From an uncultured Acidobacteriota bacterium (GTDB lineage: Bacteria > Acidobacteriota > Blastocatellia > Pyrinomonadales > Pyrinomonadaceae), in assembly GCA_963750925.1 (NCBI GenBank), contig CAVVSJ010000004.1, positions 893,946-957,945 of the forward strand: a stretch of DNA of 64,000 bases, written 5' to 3'. The translations under genes and the position numbers were made by a program. Below are positions 38,301 to 45,430 of the stretch, piece by piece. Every line of letters begins with the position of its first letter. Within the stretch, counting starts at the first letter, position 1. Below the pieces are notes generated by a model. It was given only the letters and a program-made list of their open reading frames with translations. It had not been told where the DNA came from and did no database searches.

Positions 38301-41300
38301 CACTCGATCCGGATTACCCGCGCGAGCGTGTGCGTTTCATGCTTGAAGATGCAGGCGTGGCGGTCTTGCTGAGTGAGTGGGGTTTGGCGGACAGGTTACC
38401 GGACAATGGTCCCACAATACTCTTTGTAGACTCGGATGAGATCCGGCAACAGAGCCGCGCGAATCTCGTGAGTGGCGTGACTGCCGATAACCTGGTCTAC
38501 GTGATTTACACGTCGGGAACCACGGGCCAGCCAAAGGGTTCGATGCTGGACCATCGCGAAGTTGTGAACTGCGTGCTCTGGATGCAGGAGACTTACGCCC
38601 TCACGCCTGAAGATCGAATGTTGTGCAAGACGACGCTCAACTTCGATCCGTCAGTCTGGGAGATCTTCTGGCCATTGATGGTCGGCGGTCAGGTGGTCTT
38701 GAGCCGTCCGGGCGAACAGCACGATCCTGCCGCGCTCGTGCAAACAATTACAAATCAGGAAGTGACGACGGCTTATTTCGTCCCGTCCATGTTGTCCCTC
38801 GTTCTGGCTGAAAAGGAACTCGAACAGGCGACGTCGTTGCAGCAGGTGATCTGCGGTGGTGAATCTTTGCCGCACGATTTGGTCCGGCTCTTTTACGAGC
38901 GTCTGCCTCAGGCCACCCTGCATCACTCGTATGGACCAACAGAGACCGCGATTGCTTCCTCGGAAATAGTCTGCGAGCGCGACAGTTCGTACCGGATAAC
39001 GCCCATTGGCCGCCCACTCGCAAACACGCAGTTGTACGTACTCGATCAGAAAATGCAACTCGTGCCTGCCGGCGTGATTGGGGAGTTGTACATCGGCGGT
39101 GCGGGCGTCGGGCGCGGTTATCTCAATCGTCCTGATTTAACAGCGCAGAAGTTTGTGCCCGATTCGTTCGGGGTTGCTGCCGGCGGCCGTTTGTATCGCA
39201 CCGGCGACATGGTTCGTTACTTACCCGACGGCAATGTCGAATTTCACGGACGACGTGACGAGCAGGTGAAAGTGCGTGGCGTTCGTATTGAACTCGCGGA
39301 GATCGAGACTGCGTTGAGAGCCCTCTCGGAAGTGCAGGCGGCGCTCGTCGCGTTGCGTCAGGACGATGCCGGCGAGAATAACCTGGTGGCGTACGTGGTC
39401 CCGAAAGACGGAGTTGAATTAGTTACGGCTGACTTGCGGCAAAAACTTTCGCAACGCTTGCCCGTCGCGATGGTGCCCGCGATCTTTGTTACCTTGCCGG
39501 AAATTCCGCTTCTGCCAAACGGAAAGATCGATCGGACCGCACTACCCGCGCCGGGAGCCGAACCGGCACATAAGTACGTCGCGCCACATGATGCGACCGA
39601 GGAGCTGATCGCCGGAATCTGGGCTGAAGTTCTCGACCTCGAACGTGTCAGCGTACATGACGACTTCTTCACGATCGGCGGACACTCGCTAACGGCGACG
39701 CAGATCATGGCGCGATTGTTCGACGTGTTCCAGGTCGATCTCGGTTTGCGGGCCTTGTTCGAGACGCCGACGGTCACGGGTCTTGCGCGCCGTGTGAACG
39801 AGGCGATGCGCGAGGGCGCGTTTGGTCAATCACCGACAATCGTGCCGCGAACTCGTCCGCAGTCGCTGCCGCTCTCATTCGCGCAACAGCGACTCTGGTT
39901 CCTCGAACAATTGGAATCCGCGGGCGCTGCTTATCACATCCCGGTCATCTTCCGTATTCATGGCCGGCTCGACGTGCCGGCGCTCGAACGAGTCCTCAAC
40001 GAGATCATGGAGCGTCACGAATCGCTGCGCACGAGTTTTCGCGCGGTAGATGGTGAACCGATGCAGGTGATTGAACCGCATCGAAAAGTGTCCCTGCCGG
40101 TTATCAATCTCAGCGACTTGCCGGAGGCGCAACGCGAGGCTGAAACGGCATTGCTGTCGAGCGAGCAGGCGCAGCTCAAATTTGATTTGACGACTGCTCC
40201 GCTTTTGCACGCGCGTCTCGTGCGATTAAGTGACGAAGAGCACGTGCTGCAACTGTCGATGCATCACTTGATCACCGATGGCTGGTCAGTGGCCGTGCTC
40301 GCGCGCGAGACCGGCGCGCTCTACGAAGCGTTCACGCAGGACAAAGATTCGCCGTTGCCGGCTCTGCGCGCGCAGTATGCCGACTTTGCTTTATGGCAAC
40401 GCGAATGGTTGCAGGGCGATTTACTGGCTGCGCAGATCGACTACTGGCGCAGACACCTTGCGAGCGCGCCGAAGGCGCTCGATCTCCCCACCGATCATCC
40501 GCGTCCGTCAACGCAGAGGTTCCGCGGCGCGCAGCTTCGTTTCAAGCTTCCGTCGTCGCTGACGGCACAGGTGCAGGAGTTGAGCAGGCGTGAAGGCGCG
40601 ACGATCTTCATGACGCTGCTGGCTGCTTACTCAGTGGTGCTGTCGCGTTTCGCGGATCAGGACGACGTTGTAGTCGGTACGCCGATCGCGAATCGTCGTC
40701 AAAGTGAGCTCGAGGATCTGATCGGATTCTTCGCGAACACGCTTGCGTTGCGCGTTAAGGTCCATCCCGCGCTCACCTTTCACGAGTTGCTGCGCAACGT
40801 TCGTGAAGTGACGCTTGGCGCTTATGCGAATCAGGACGTGCCGTTCGAAAAACTCGTGGAAGAATTGCAGCCCGCGCGTGACCTGAACCGCAATCCGTTT
40901 TTCCAGGTGACGTTTGGCGTGCAGAATTTTCCAAACAGTCAGCTCAACCTGCCGGGACTCACGATCAGTATGCAGGAGTTTGATACTGCCGCCACGCGGT
41001 TTGATCTCGAATGTTTCCTGCGCGAAACGGATGGAGAGCTGAACGGAATTTATGTCTACAACACGGACCTGTTTGAAGAACAGACCGTCAAAGACATAAT
41101 CAAACACTTCGAGCAACTGCTGGAAATTGTGACGGCAAATCCGAAAGTCCCAATCAGCGAGTTGCCGAATCCTTTCAGCGCCCTCGAGCGCAAGCGCGTT
41201 ACAGAGGAACAACCGAGCACACACCCGGAGCTGCCGCAGATCGTGGCGGAGACGCCGACGGCGGAGTTGCTGGCAAACATCTGGGCTGAAGTGCTCGGCA

Positions 41301-42865
41301 AAGACCGTATCGGTTTGCACGCCAACTTCTTCGATCTCGGTGGTCACTCGTTGCTGGCGACGCGAGTTATTTCACGCGTGCGTGAAGCGTTCAAACTTGA
41401 AGTGCCGTTGCGACGATTGTTTGAAATGCCGACCGTGTTTGAGCTTTCCGCGTACATCGACGCGCAGCTTGGCTCGGGCACGAACGTGGCCCAGGCTCCG
41501 ATTCGCCGGCAGCAGCAACAGGACAACGCGCGGCCTCTCTCGTTCGCGCAGCAGCGCCTATGGTTCTGGGAGCAGTTGGAGCCGGACACTCCGACTTACA
41601 ATCTCATTTCAGCATTCCGGCTCGTTGGAGATCTGGATCTCGCGGTGATGGAGCAGAGTCTGAATGAGATCGTGCGGCGTCACGAGATTTTACGCACTTC
41701 GTTTACTTCGGTTGACGGCGATCCGGTGCAGGTAGTCGCACCGCGCAAAACCCTGCGACTCACTCTCGTGGATCTGAGTTGGTTGCCGGAAGTGCAACGC
41801 GAAGCGGAAGCGCGCCGGCTCACTGGAGAAGAAGCGTTGCGGCCGTTTGCGTTGAACAAGGCGCCCCTGTTTCGACTCACGATTCTGCGTTTGAGTCCGC
41901 ACGAACACGTTGCGGTCGTGGCCATGCATCACATCATTTCCGACGGCTGGTCAGTGGGCATTTTCGTCGACGAAGTGACCTCGTTGTATGAATCTTATAG
42001 TCTGAAGCAGCCGTCGCAATTGCGCGATCTGCCGGTGCAGTATGCCGACTTTGCGCAGTGGCAAAAAGAGATGTTGCAACCGGGCAGCGAAATTCTCGAG
42101 TCGCAGCTCAGTTACTGGAAAGAGCAATTGCGCGATGCGCCGAACCTGGAGCTGCCGACCGATCGACCTCGACCGGAAGTCTACAATCCGCGCGGCGCGA
42201 TCATGCCGGTGAGTTTCACGACGGAGTTGTCGGATGAACTCAGAGCGTTGAGCCGGCGAGAGCGTGTCACACTCTTCATGACGTTGCTCGCGGCTTTCAA
42301 CGTCATGCTTCATGCACAGAGCGGGCAGGAGGATATTGTCGTCGGAACCGACATTGCCAATCGCACGCGAGTTGAGACTGAAGGACTGATCGGATTCTTC
42401 GTCAACATGCTGGTGCTGCGTACTGATCTCGCCGGCAATCCGACGTTCAGCGAGTTGTTGCAACGCGTGCGCGAAGTCACGCTCGGCGCTTACGCTCATC
42501 AGGACGTGCCGTTTGCAACACTTGTCGGAGAGTTGCACGTGAAGCGCGACTTGAGTCGCAACCCGCTGTTCCAGGTTGTTTGTGTTCTGCAGAATGCTTC
42601 GGCGAAGAAACTCGAGTTGCCGGGACTGACGCTGACTCCGTTCGAGTTCGAGGTCACGACCGCGCCACTCGACATGGTGCTGTCTCTCAATGAACTCGAG
42701 GAAAACCTGGTGGGGTCGATAACGTACAACACCGAACTCTTCGAAGAACACACGATTCGCCGCATGTTCAATCACTATCAGCAGGTGCTTGAACGCGTCG
42801 TAGCCAACCCTCACCAGCCACTTTCCAGCTTGAAAGCATTCGCACGCGCGGTGGCGGCGGATTAA
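29366..42865 (+). CDS. NRPS 3: C-A(Glu)-[FkbM MT]-T-C-A(Val-like)-T-C-A(unassigned)-T-C-T-C
   Basis: The ORF track starts at 29276 inside palindrome C. ATG 29366 begins MKMKNVEDIYPLSPMQEGILFH. C His motifs: YYHGLVDGWS (~29789), HHIISDGWS (~33896), HHAVLDGWS (~37109), HHLITDGWS (~40262), HHIISDGWS (~41926). Carrier serines: GGHSL ~33311, GGDSI ~36491, GGHSL ~39677, GGHSL ~41338. Hand-extracted codes: DAKDLGVVDK, DAYWLGATFK, DPWYIGSIAK. Only ~35 aa separate the fifth C from T5, so there is no A domain there. The protein ends in a C domain with no TE. Confidence 0.9.
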   Translation: MKMKNVEDIYPLSPMQEGILFHTRHDPAFAMYFEIITGTMRGDVDLAAFARAWQSVVDRHAVLRTAFVWEGLDEPVQVVRKRAKLAVTNYDWRGLSSDEQANALAELFAAERARGFDLSKAPLMRVALIQTADDSYRFVWTYYHGLVDGWSGSLVFNDVFSYYEASIRGVEISLPPAPSFRSYIDWVRKQDLDKAREYWQGALRGFKAATPIELVRARETSISDETRSYRELEFSLDAETTAKLVRLSRQQQLTLNTICQGAWAMLLNRYSGEQDVVFGVAVSGRPPMLENVETMIGMLINTLPARIQVTPEAMLIPWLKDIQSAQWEMREYEYSPLVQVQGWSEVSRTSPLFDSIVSFENHPIDYSLLKRSDRAEVRDVVHYHTATGYPINIIIEPGNKLTVKLMYDFGRVDDIAVERILGHLRQLLTAIAENEDRHLSDFAILTPIEQQQLLFEWNGNTAEYRRDVCLHELFEEQVQRTPEAPAVVFRDQQLSFAELNSRANQLARYLRQLGVGPEVRTALCMERSVEMVVGMLAILKAGGVYVPLEMAQPQARLKFMLEDADARVVLTQQALVDLLPKHDVPIVCVDECVLDENADNLPVNATADNLAYVIYTSGSTGTPKGVMVGHRSAVNLVSGLRQAIYDRHAAPLRVSVNAQIVFDASIKQLVQLLGGHTLVVIPEDVRASGEAMLAHIAEQRLDVLDCTPSQLQLLLASEAWERDKPQALLIGGEAISADLWDRLSAQSGTECYNVYGPTECTVDAAIGHVETAGETPNIGHPITNARIYLLDAQQRPVPIGVRGEICVAGECLARGYLNAPGLTAEKFVPEPFSGVAGARMYRTGDLGRYLADGRIEFVGRVDHQVKVRGVRIELGEIEAALRQHAAVRDAVVQVREDITNDKRLIAYVVPEETQGLPLVPKVAGEEREDLLSGRQLTKLPNGMLIAGHGSLQASGVYREIFEDNIYFKHGVRLDEGACVFDVGANIGLFTLFVKQQVRASRVYSFEPLPPNFQALQTNAKLYGLDVKLFECGLSNRRDTATFTFYPHAAAMSGKGTRVEEDKVAAMANVGSWLKTFEHDPHSAPGEYDLDNFVEHYLISESYTCQLRTLSEIIREHGIERIDLLKLDVERSEFDVLTGIEDDDWKKIRQFVIEVHSDELLEQIAALLRTRGYTFAIEKSSIVETSGQDVVRGYMLYAFDPAQRNASSNGHGLNGANPRPLALSDAALSPDSLRNFLLERLPVQMIPTGFVVLKELPLMASGKVDRRALPAPEDQSLLSGDEHVAPRTPVEEIVAGICASVLRLESVSVTANFFDLGGHSLLAAQVISRVRETFHVELSLRSLFLKPTVEGLAENIEKSLTAGDQVAGGRIEPIAHEGELPLSFSQQRIWFLDQMAGSTPYYNITSRVRLQGDLNLEALQKAFSEIVRRHEILRTTFSKVRGRPAQIINPAQPLTLGIEDVPGETFEDRVENARSIARADAEQPFDLNVGPLLRIRLLRLDNSEHLALLTMHHIISDGWSTSVLISELSALYSAFLKGEPSPLPELPLQYVDYAVWQRNWLQGETLETQLNYWREKLQGAPALLELPTDKPRPATQTFNGASENWRIGPQTTARLRQLSRDEGTTLYMTLLAAFKTLLYRYSGQTDLVIGTDIANRTRSETENLIGFFANIVLMRSDMSRNPTFAELLGHVRETALGAYAHQDLPFEKLVEELQPERSLSHAPFFNVIFVLQNTPRGTLDMPGLKLTSEEFDSNFTRFDLEFHLWERDGELSGFLIYNTDLFEAETISRLLGHFTNLLDGIITDPDRRVASLPLLAAEERQTLLTAWNDTATDYPRNDVIHRQFELQAAQRPHATALIFGDREMTYDELNRRANQLAHHLVSLGIGPETPVAVCLERSFEVVIALLGILKAGGYYVPLDREYPIDRLAFMINDSAVPVVLTQTSLLEVLPAHWSQIVTMDDDWEMIANESDENLVTRGTAENLAYVMYTSGSTGEPKGVSITHRGVLRLVKETNFANFGTDEVFLQLAPVTFDASTYEVWGSLLNGGRLVIMPPEAPELDELGAALQRYGVTTLWLTAGLFHLMVDQRPDDLRGLRQLLAGGDVLSPTHVRKSLSIVQGQVVNAYGPTENTTFTTTNPMTRETQFDGVVSIGRPIANTQVYLLNRELEPVPVGAMGELYTGGDGLARGYHNRPEFTADRFIPHPHGPAGARLYRTGDLARYLPDGRIEFVGRLDQQVKVRGFRIELEEIEIALASHPAVRQCVVLARADGGREKQLVAYVVLQAERELTATEMRSYLGRHLPEYMVPPQLVVLEAFPLTSNGKVNRKALPAPGDVRDSSQNGFVAPQSAAEKVLAEVWQEVLGVERVSVNDNFFDLGGDSIRSIQVQAQVEERGFEVSVRQILQVQTLGDLAREAKDATGIVRRHSRTLPFSLVRSEDLQKLPEEIEDAYPLSFLQRGMLYHTGVSGELALYHVIFSCVIRGALDPVALQTAMQQLAAEHPVLRTSFDLHSYGEPLQLVHKEVVVPFEIRDQRQLTKAEQKQTFAAWKEDDKARGFDWSTAPIMRLNIFLHDDDEFRIAVSFHHAVLDGWSLSSLLSELFVRYLELREGGAQGERIAAPATFRDFIALEQDSLQSEETRQYWSEKLASLPATALPPRDAVASEEAGRKVMQTSLGSELVDGLKSFARETGVSLKSVLLATHCKILGLLTGQAEVTTGLVSNGRPEEAGGDRALGLFLNTIPFSLPLRDRSWRELVQAVAESEKELAEFRRYPFAELQKSHGGQPPFEATFNYTHFHILEKVHEAPNFEVVDVEVFSQINFPLSVGFDLNNNSELILILEHDLSRLSVRQVEEIKNYYSRALHAIVTDPAGGADNAWALNDEERQRLLVQWNDTRAEYPAGVCLHELIEAQAARTPGAIALTSRDAAITYRKLNERANQLAHHLKSLGVGPEVLVGVMLDRSVEMVVALLGVLKAGGAYVPLDPDYPRERVRFMLEDAGVAVLLSEWGLADRLPDNGPTILFVDSDEIRQQSRANLVSGVTADNLVYVIYTSGTTGQPKGSMLDHREVVNCVLWMQETYALTPEDRMLCKTTLNFDPSVWEIFWPLMVGGQVVLSRPGEQHDPAALVQTITNQEVTTAYFVPSMLSLVLAEKELEQATSLQQVICGGESLPHDLVRLFYERLPQATLHHSYGPTETAIASSEIVCERDSSYRITPIGRPLANTQLYVLDQKMQLVPAGVIGELYIGGAGVGRGYLNRPDLTAQKFVPDSFGVAAGGRLYRTGDMVRYLPDGNVEFHGRRDEQVKVRGVRIELAEIETALRALSEVQAALVALRQDDAGENNLVAYVVPKDGVELVTADLRQKLSQRLPVAMVPAIFVTLPEIPLLPNGKIDRTALPAPGAEPAHKYVAPHDATEELIAGIWAEVLDLERVSVHDDFFTIGGHSLTATQIMARLFDVFQVDLGLRALFETPTVTGLARRVNEAMREGAFGQSPTIVPRTRPQSLPLSFAQQRLWFLEQLESAGAAYHIPVIFRIHGRLDVPALERVLNEIMERHESLRTSFRAVDGEPMQVIEPHRKVSLPVINLSDLPEAQREAETALLSSEQAQLKFDLTTAPLLHARLVRLSDEEHVLQLSMHHLITDGWSVAVLARETGALYEAFTQDKDSPLPALRAQYADFALWQREWLQGDLLAAQIDYWRRHLASAPKALDLPTDHPRPSTQRFRGAQLRFKLPSSLTAQVQELSRREGATIFMTLLAAYSVVLSRFADQDDVVVGTPIANRRQSELEDLIGFFANTLALRVKVHPALTFHELLRNVREVTLGAYANQDVPFEKLVEELQPARDLNRNPFFQVTFGVQNFPNSQLNLPGLTISMQEFDTAATRFDLECFLRETDGELNGIYVYNTDLFEEQTVKDIIKHFEQLLEIVTANPKVPISELPNPFSALERKRVTEEQPSTHPELPQIVAETPTAELLANIWAEVLGKDRIGLHANFFDLGGHSLLATRVISRVREAFKLEVPLRRLFEMPTVFELSAYIDAQLGSGTNVAQAPIRRQQQQDNARPLSFAQQRLWFWEQLEPDTPTYNLISAFRLVGDLDLAVMEQSLNEIVRRHEILRTSFTSVDGDPVQVVAPRKTLRLTLVDLSWLPEVQREAEARRLTGEEALRPFALNKAPLFRLTILRLSPHEHVAVVAMHHIISDGWSVGIFVDEVTSLYESYSLKQPSQLRDLPVQYADFAQWQKEMLQPGSEILESQLSYWKEQLRDAPNLELPTDRPRPEVYNPRGAIMPVSFTTELSDELRALSRRERVTLFMTLLAAFNVMLHAQSGQEDIVVGTDIANRTRVETEGLIGFFVNMLVLRTDLAGNPTFSELLQRVREVTLGAYAHQDVPFATLVGELHVKRDLSRNPLFQVVCVLQNASAKKLELPGLTLTPFEFEVTTAPLDMVLSLNELEENLVGSITYNTELFEEHTIRRMFNHYQQVLERVVANPHQPLSSLKAFARAVAAD
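30719..32047 (+). repeat. A-domain core duplicate, copy 2 (pairs with 19672-21009)
   Basis: See copy 1. The flanks on both sides are unrelated or strongly diverged: the upstream C domains differ in type, and the downstream MT inserts are only roughly half identical at the protein level by eye. Confidence 0.9.
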
Positions 42866-42875
42866 AGCCGCCACC
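42850..42875 (+). other. 9-bp perfect hairpin spanning the NRPS 3 stop codon
   Basis: ggtggcggc (42850-42858), loop ggattaaa containing TAA 42863-42865, then gccgccacc (42867-42875). No U-tract follows. Confidence 0.6.
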
Positions 42876-43044
42876 AAAAGCACAAAAGTCACAAAACATT
42901 CCTCTTTACAAACGACCCTCACCTGTTCCCGCCTGACAGACGCGCGCTCTCCGCGCGTTAACGCATAAGTCCGCCCAAAACAATTCCAGGAACACAACTG
43001 AAATTTGTAAGGCACATTTGTGCTTTATTGTGCCTCTTTGTAGC
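42870..43044. repeat. split copy of the CACAAAAG palindromic element (arms ~106 nt apart)
   Basis: The left-arm type is gccaccaaaagcacaaaagtcacaaaac (42870-42897). The right-arm type is tttgtaaggcacatttgtgctttattgtgcctctttgtagc (43004-43044). The spacer contains a 7-bp hairpin, acgcgcg-ctctc-cgcgcgt, at about 42938-42958. Confidence 0.55.
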
Positions 43045-43146
43045 TACCACTATCGGGTTAGTTAAAAAGACTTCGATCTCGGGATGCTGCTATTTGTCCG
43101 TTAAAAGACAATCGCGCTTCGCAACACTAACTTACCGGAGGCATTT

Positions 43147-43986
43147 ATGGGCACGATCACTACTAAAGACGGCACGCAGATCTACTACAAGGATTGGGGC
43201 AAAGGGCAACCGATTGTTTTCAGTCACGGCTGGCCTTTATCCGCAGACGCATTTGAAGATCAGATGTTCTTTCTCGCCTCAAACGGTTTTCGCTGTATCG
43301 CGCACGATCGGCGCGGTCACGGCCGTTCGAGTCAGCCATGGGAAGGCAACGACATGGATACATACGCGGACGATCTCAATGATCTCGTAACCGCGCTCGA
43401 TCTGAAGGATGCGATCCACGTGGGCCACTCGACGGGGGGCGGGGAAGTGACGCGCTACATTGGCCGCCACGGCACCAAACGAGTTGCCAAAGCCGTGCTG
43501 ATCAGCGCGATACCGCCGTTGATGCTGAAGACTGAGGCGAATCCCGGTGGCTTGCCGATCGAGGTATTCGATGAGATTCGCGCGGGCGTGCTTGCTGACC
43601 GTTCGCAGTATTTCAAGGACCTCACCACACCGTTCTATGGAGCTAATCGCCCCGGCGCGCAGGTGTCGCAGGGTTTGCGCGATTCGTTCTGGCTGCAAGG
43701 TATGATGTGCGGACATAAAGCCGCTTACGACTGTATCAAGGCTTTCTCCGAAACTGATCTGACTGAGGATCTGAAAAAGATCGACGTGCCCACACTGATT
43801 CTGCACGGCGATGACGATCAGATCGTTCCCATCGGCGCGTCGGCGCTGCTCTCGTCGAAGATTGTTAAGGATGCGACGTTGAAAGTTTATCCGGGCTTTG
43901 ATCACGGAATGTGCTCGACGCACAAGGACCAGATCAACGCGGATCTGCTGGCGTTTGTGAAAGGCGAAAAAGCCGCAACAGCGTGA
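43147..43986 (+). CDS. alpha/beta hydrolase of the non-haem haloperoxidase / arylesterase (perhydrolase) family
   Basis: 279 aa. [35 protein letters not shown], nucleophile elbow [15 protein letters not shown], and terminal DHG. This is the textbook pattern for the family. Confidence 0.85.
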   Translation: MGTITTKDGTQIYYKDWGKGQPIVFSHGWPLSADAFEDQMFFLASNGFRCIAHDRRGHGRSSQPWEGNDMDTYADDLNDLVTALDLKDAIHVGHSTGGGEVTRYIGRHGTKRVAKAVLISAIPPLMLKTEANPGGLPIEVFDEIRAGVLADRSQYFKDLTTPFYGANRPGAQVSQGLRDSFWLQGMMCGHKAAYDCIKAFSETDLTEDLKKIDVPTLILHGDDDQIVPIGASALLSSKIVKDATLKVYPGFDHGMCSTHKDQINADLLAFVKGEKAATA

Positions 43987-44194
43987 CGTGTCTTGTAAGA
44001 GGAGAAGATCCATAAGCGCCGGCGCTGAATATGAGGCACCCGGTTATCGCCTCAGCCGAGCCGGGTGAGCGCTGGGTCTACTGCTACCCGGATGATGCGT
44101 TTGCGGAGTATTGAAGCATCCTTTGAAACTCCGGGCGCTTTCGGATCGTACCTCGCTTATCGTTCGCAAACCTCCACAGACAGGAAAACAGTCG

Positions 44195-45079
44195 ATGAGC
44201 ACAGATTACGCGTCCGGCACGACAGTTAGCGATCACGATCTGACCCTCGCCATGCCGGGTGATTTGGGCGGTGTTCGCACGCGCCTGATCGAGGCCCTTC
44301 AGAAACTCGGCTACAGGGTTCTTGGCGAGCAGCCGATTTACGCGAAACGCGGTAGTCAGGGCGCGGCCTGTTGGGAGTGTTCCCTTAACACGCTCGATTA
44401 TCCAACCAGTCTTTCAATTTCGTTGAAGCAGGTGAATGACCTTTCAGTGCTGGCGACCTTCAACTACGAGGTCAAGAGCTACATGCGCATGACGAAAGGC
44501 GACCGGCAAACGCTTGCTCGCGAGGCCGAAGCGATTGTGGCCCTGGCGAGCGATCGTCTGACCATCGCATCCTGTCGTGCCTGCGGCACACAGATCACCG
44601 ACGAATCTCACTTCTGCCGGCGCTGTGGCGCACCGCTCGTGCTGGATGTGCCGGAACTCGAAGTGCTGCGACTGACGCGGGGAACACGTGGGAGCTATCA
44701 CAACATCATCGTCGGACTAATCACGTTGCTGCTGTCGGCAATCACTCTCTCGATCATGTTTGTTCTGACGGGCGTAAGGATTACAGGACCAGCACTCGCG
44801 ATGGGCATTCCATTGCTGTACGCGCTTTACCTTTTAGGTATCGGAGCCTGGCAACTTCACTACACCTTGAACACGAAGACTCCGAAAAGTGCGACAACAA
44901 ACGCCGCCGCTCGCGTTGGCGCTTCAGTTACAACCGCCTTGCCTCGTCCGCCGACGAACCTTTCAATCACCGAAGGCACTACCGAGTTACTGGCGGTGAC
45001 CAACGAGTCGCGCCAGCCTGAACCGGTACGGCGCAAGGTTCACAACACCGCCGAGCTCGATAACGACCGTTTGATGTAA
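44195..45079 (+). CDS. hypothetical membrane protein with a central zinc-ribbon (CxxC...CxxC)
   Basis: CRACGTQITDESHFCRRCGAPL is followed by two hydrophobic helices (IIVGLITLLLSAITLSIMFVL; LAMGIPLLYALYLLGIGAW). The ORF track starts at TTG 44111. ATG 44195 has AGGAAA upstream. Confidence 0.5.
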   Translation: MSTDYASGTTVSDHDLTLAMPGDLGGVRTRLIEALQKLGYRVLGEQPIYAKRGSQGAACWECSLNTLDYPTSLSISLKQVNDLSVLATFNYEVKSYMRMTKGDRQTLAREAEAIVALASDRLTIASCRACGTQITDESHFCRRCGAPLVLDVPELEVLRLTRGTRGSYHNIIVGLITLLLSAITLSIMFVLTGVRITGPALAMGIPLLYALYLLGIGAWQLHYTLNTKTPKSATTNAAARVGASVTTALPRPPTNLSITEGTTELLAVTNESRQPEPVRRKVHNTAELDNDRLM

Positions 45080-45087
45080 TCACTCGT

Positions 45088-45325
45088 GTAGTGGGTAAAT
45101 GTGTTGTCGAAACGAGGGCTGTCGGTCCCGTAGGGACCAGATGTTTATAGATTCTCAGCAACGTTACAGTCCGGCTCCGGAGGAGCCGCATGTTTATCTT
45201 TGTCAGCAGCGATGTCGCTCCCACGGAGCGAGTAGTTTCATTCGCGCAAGCTATTAACATTTGGCCGCTCTGCGGCCAGGCCAAGAACTCAAAGTTAGTT
45301 CCACAACACGCTATTACCCGACTAC
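45088..45325. repeat. MITE-like element, copy 1 (imperfect terminal inverted repeats, four GC-rich triloop hairpins)
   Basis: The ends gtagtgggtaaatgtgttgt and acaacacgctattacccgactac are imperfectly inverted. The interior has ggtccc-gta-gggacc + agATGTTTATAG, ggctcc-gga-ggagcc + gcATGTTTATC, cgctcc-cac-ggagcg, and gCTATTAACATtt + ggccgc-tct-gcggcc. Confidence 0.65.
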
Positions 45326-45430
45326 GATCGAGCCCTTTCGGGAAAAAGCCGCAAAAAATGCTATCTTGTTAACCCTTTAGTTCAATCTGTCGAGGCGCCT
45401 GGCGCTTTGATATAAATTCAAGGGTAAACA

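Noticed and set aside
43147-43986. Haloperoxidase-type hydrolase as the cluster's halogenase or releasing thioesterase.
   Set aside because: Enzymes of this family are cofactor-free perhydrolases or esterases and are widespread as housekeeping genes. The gene is separated from the operon by 281 nt containing hairpins, and it has a Ser (GHSTGG) rather than the Cys nucleophile of SyrC/CmaE-type shuttles. I mention it only as a speculative partner in the A-less-module finding.
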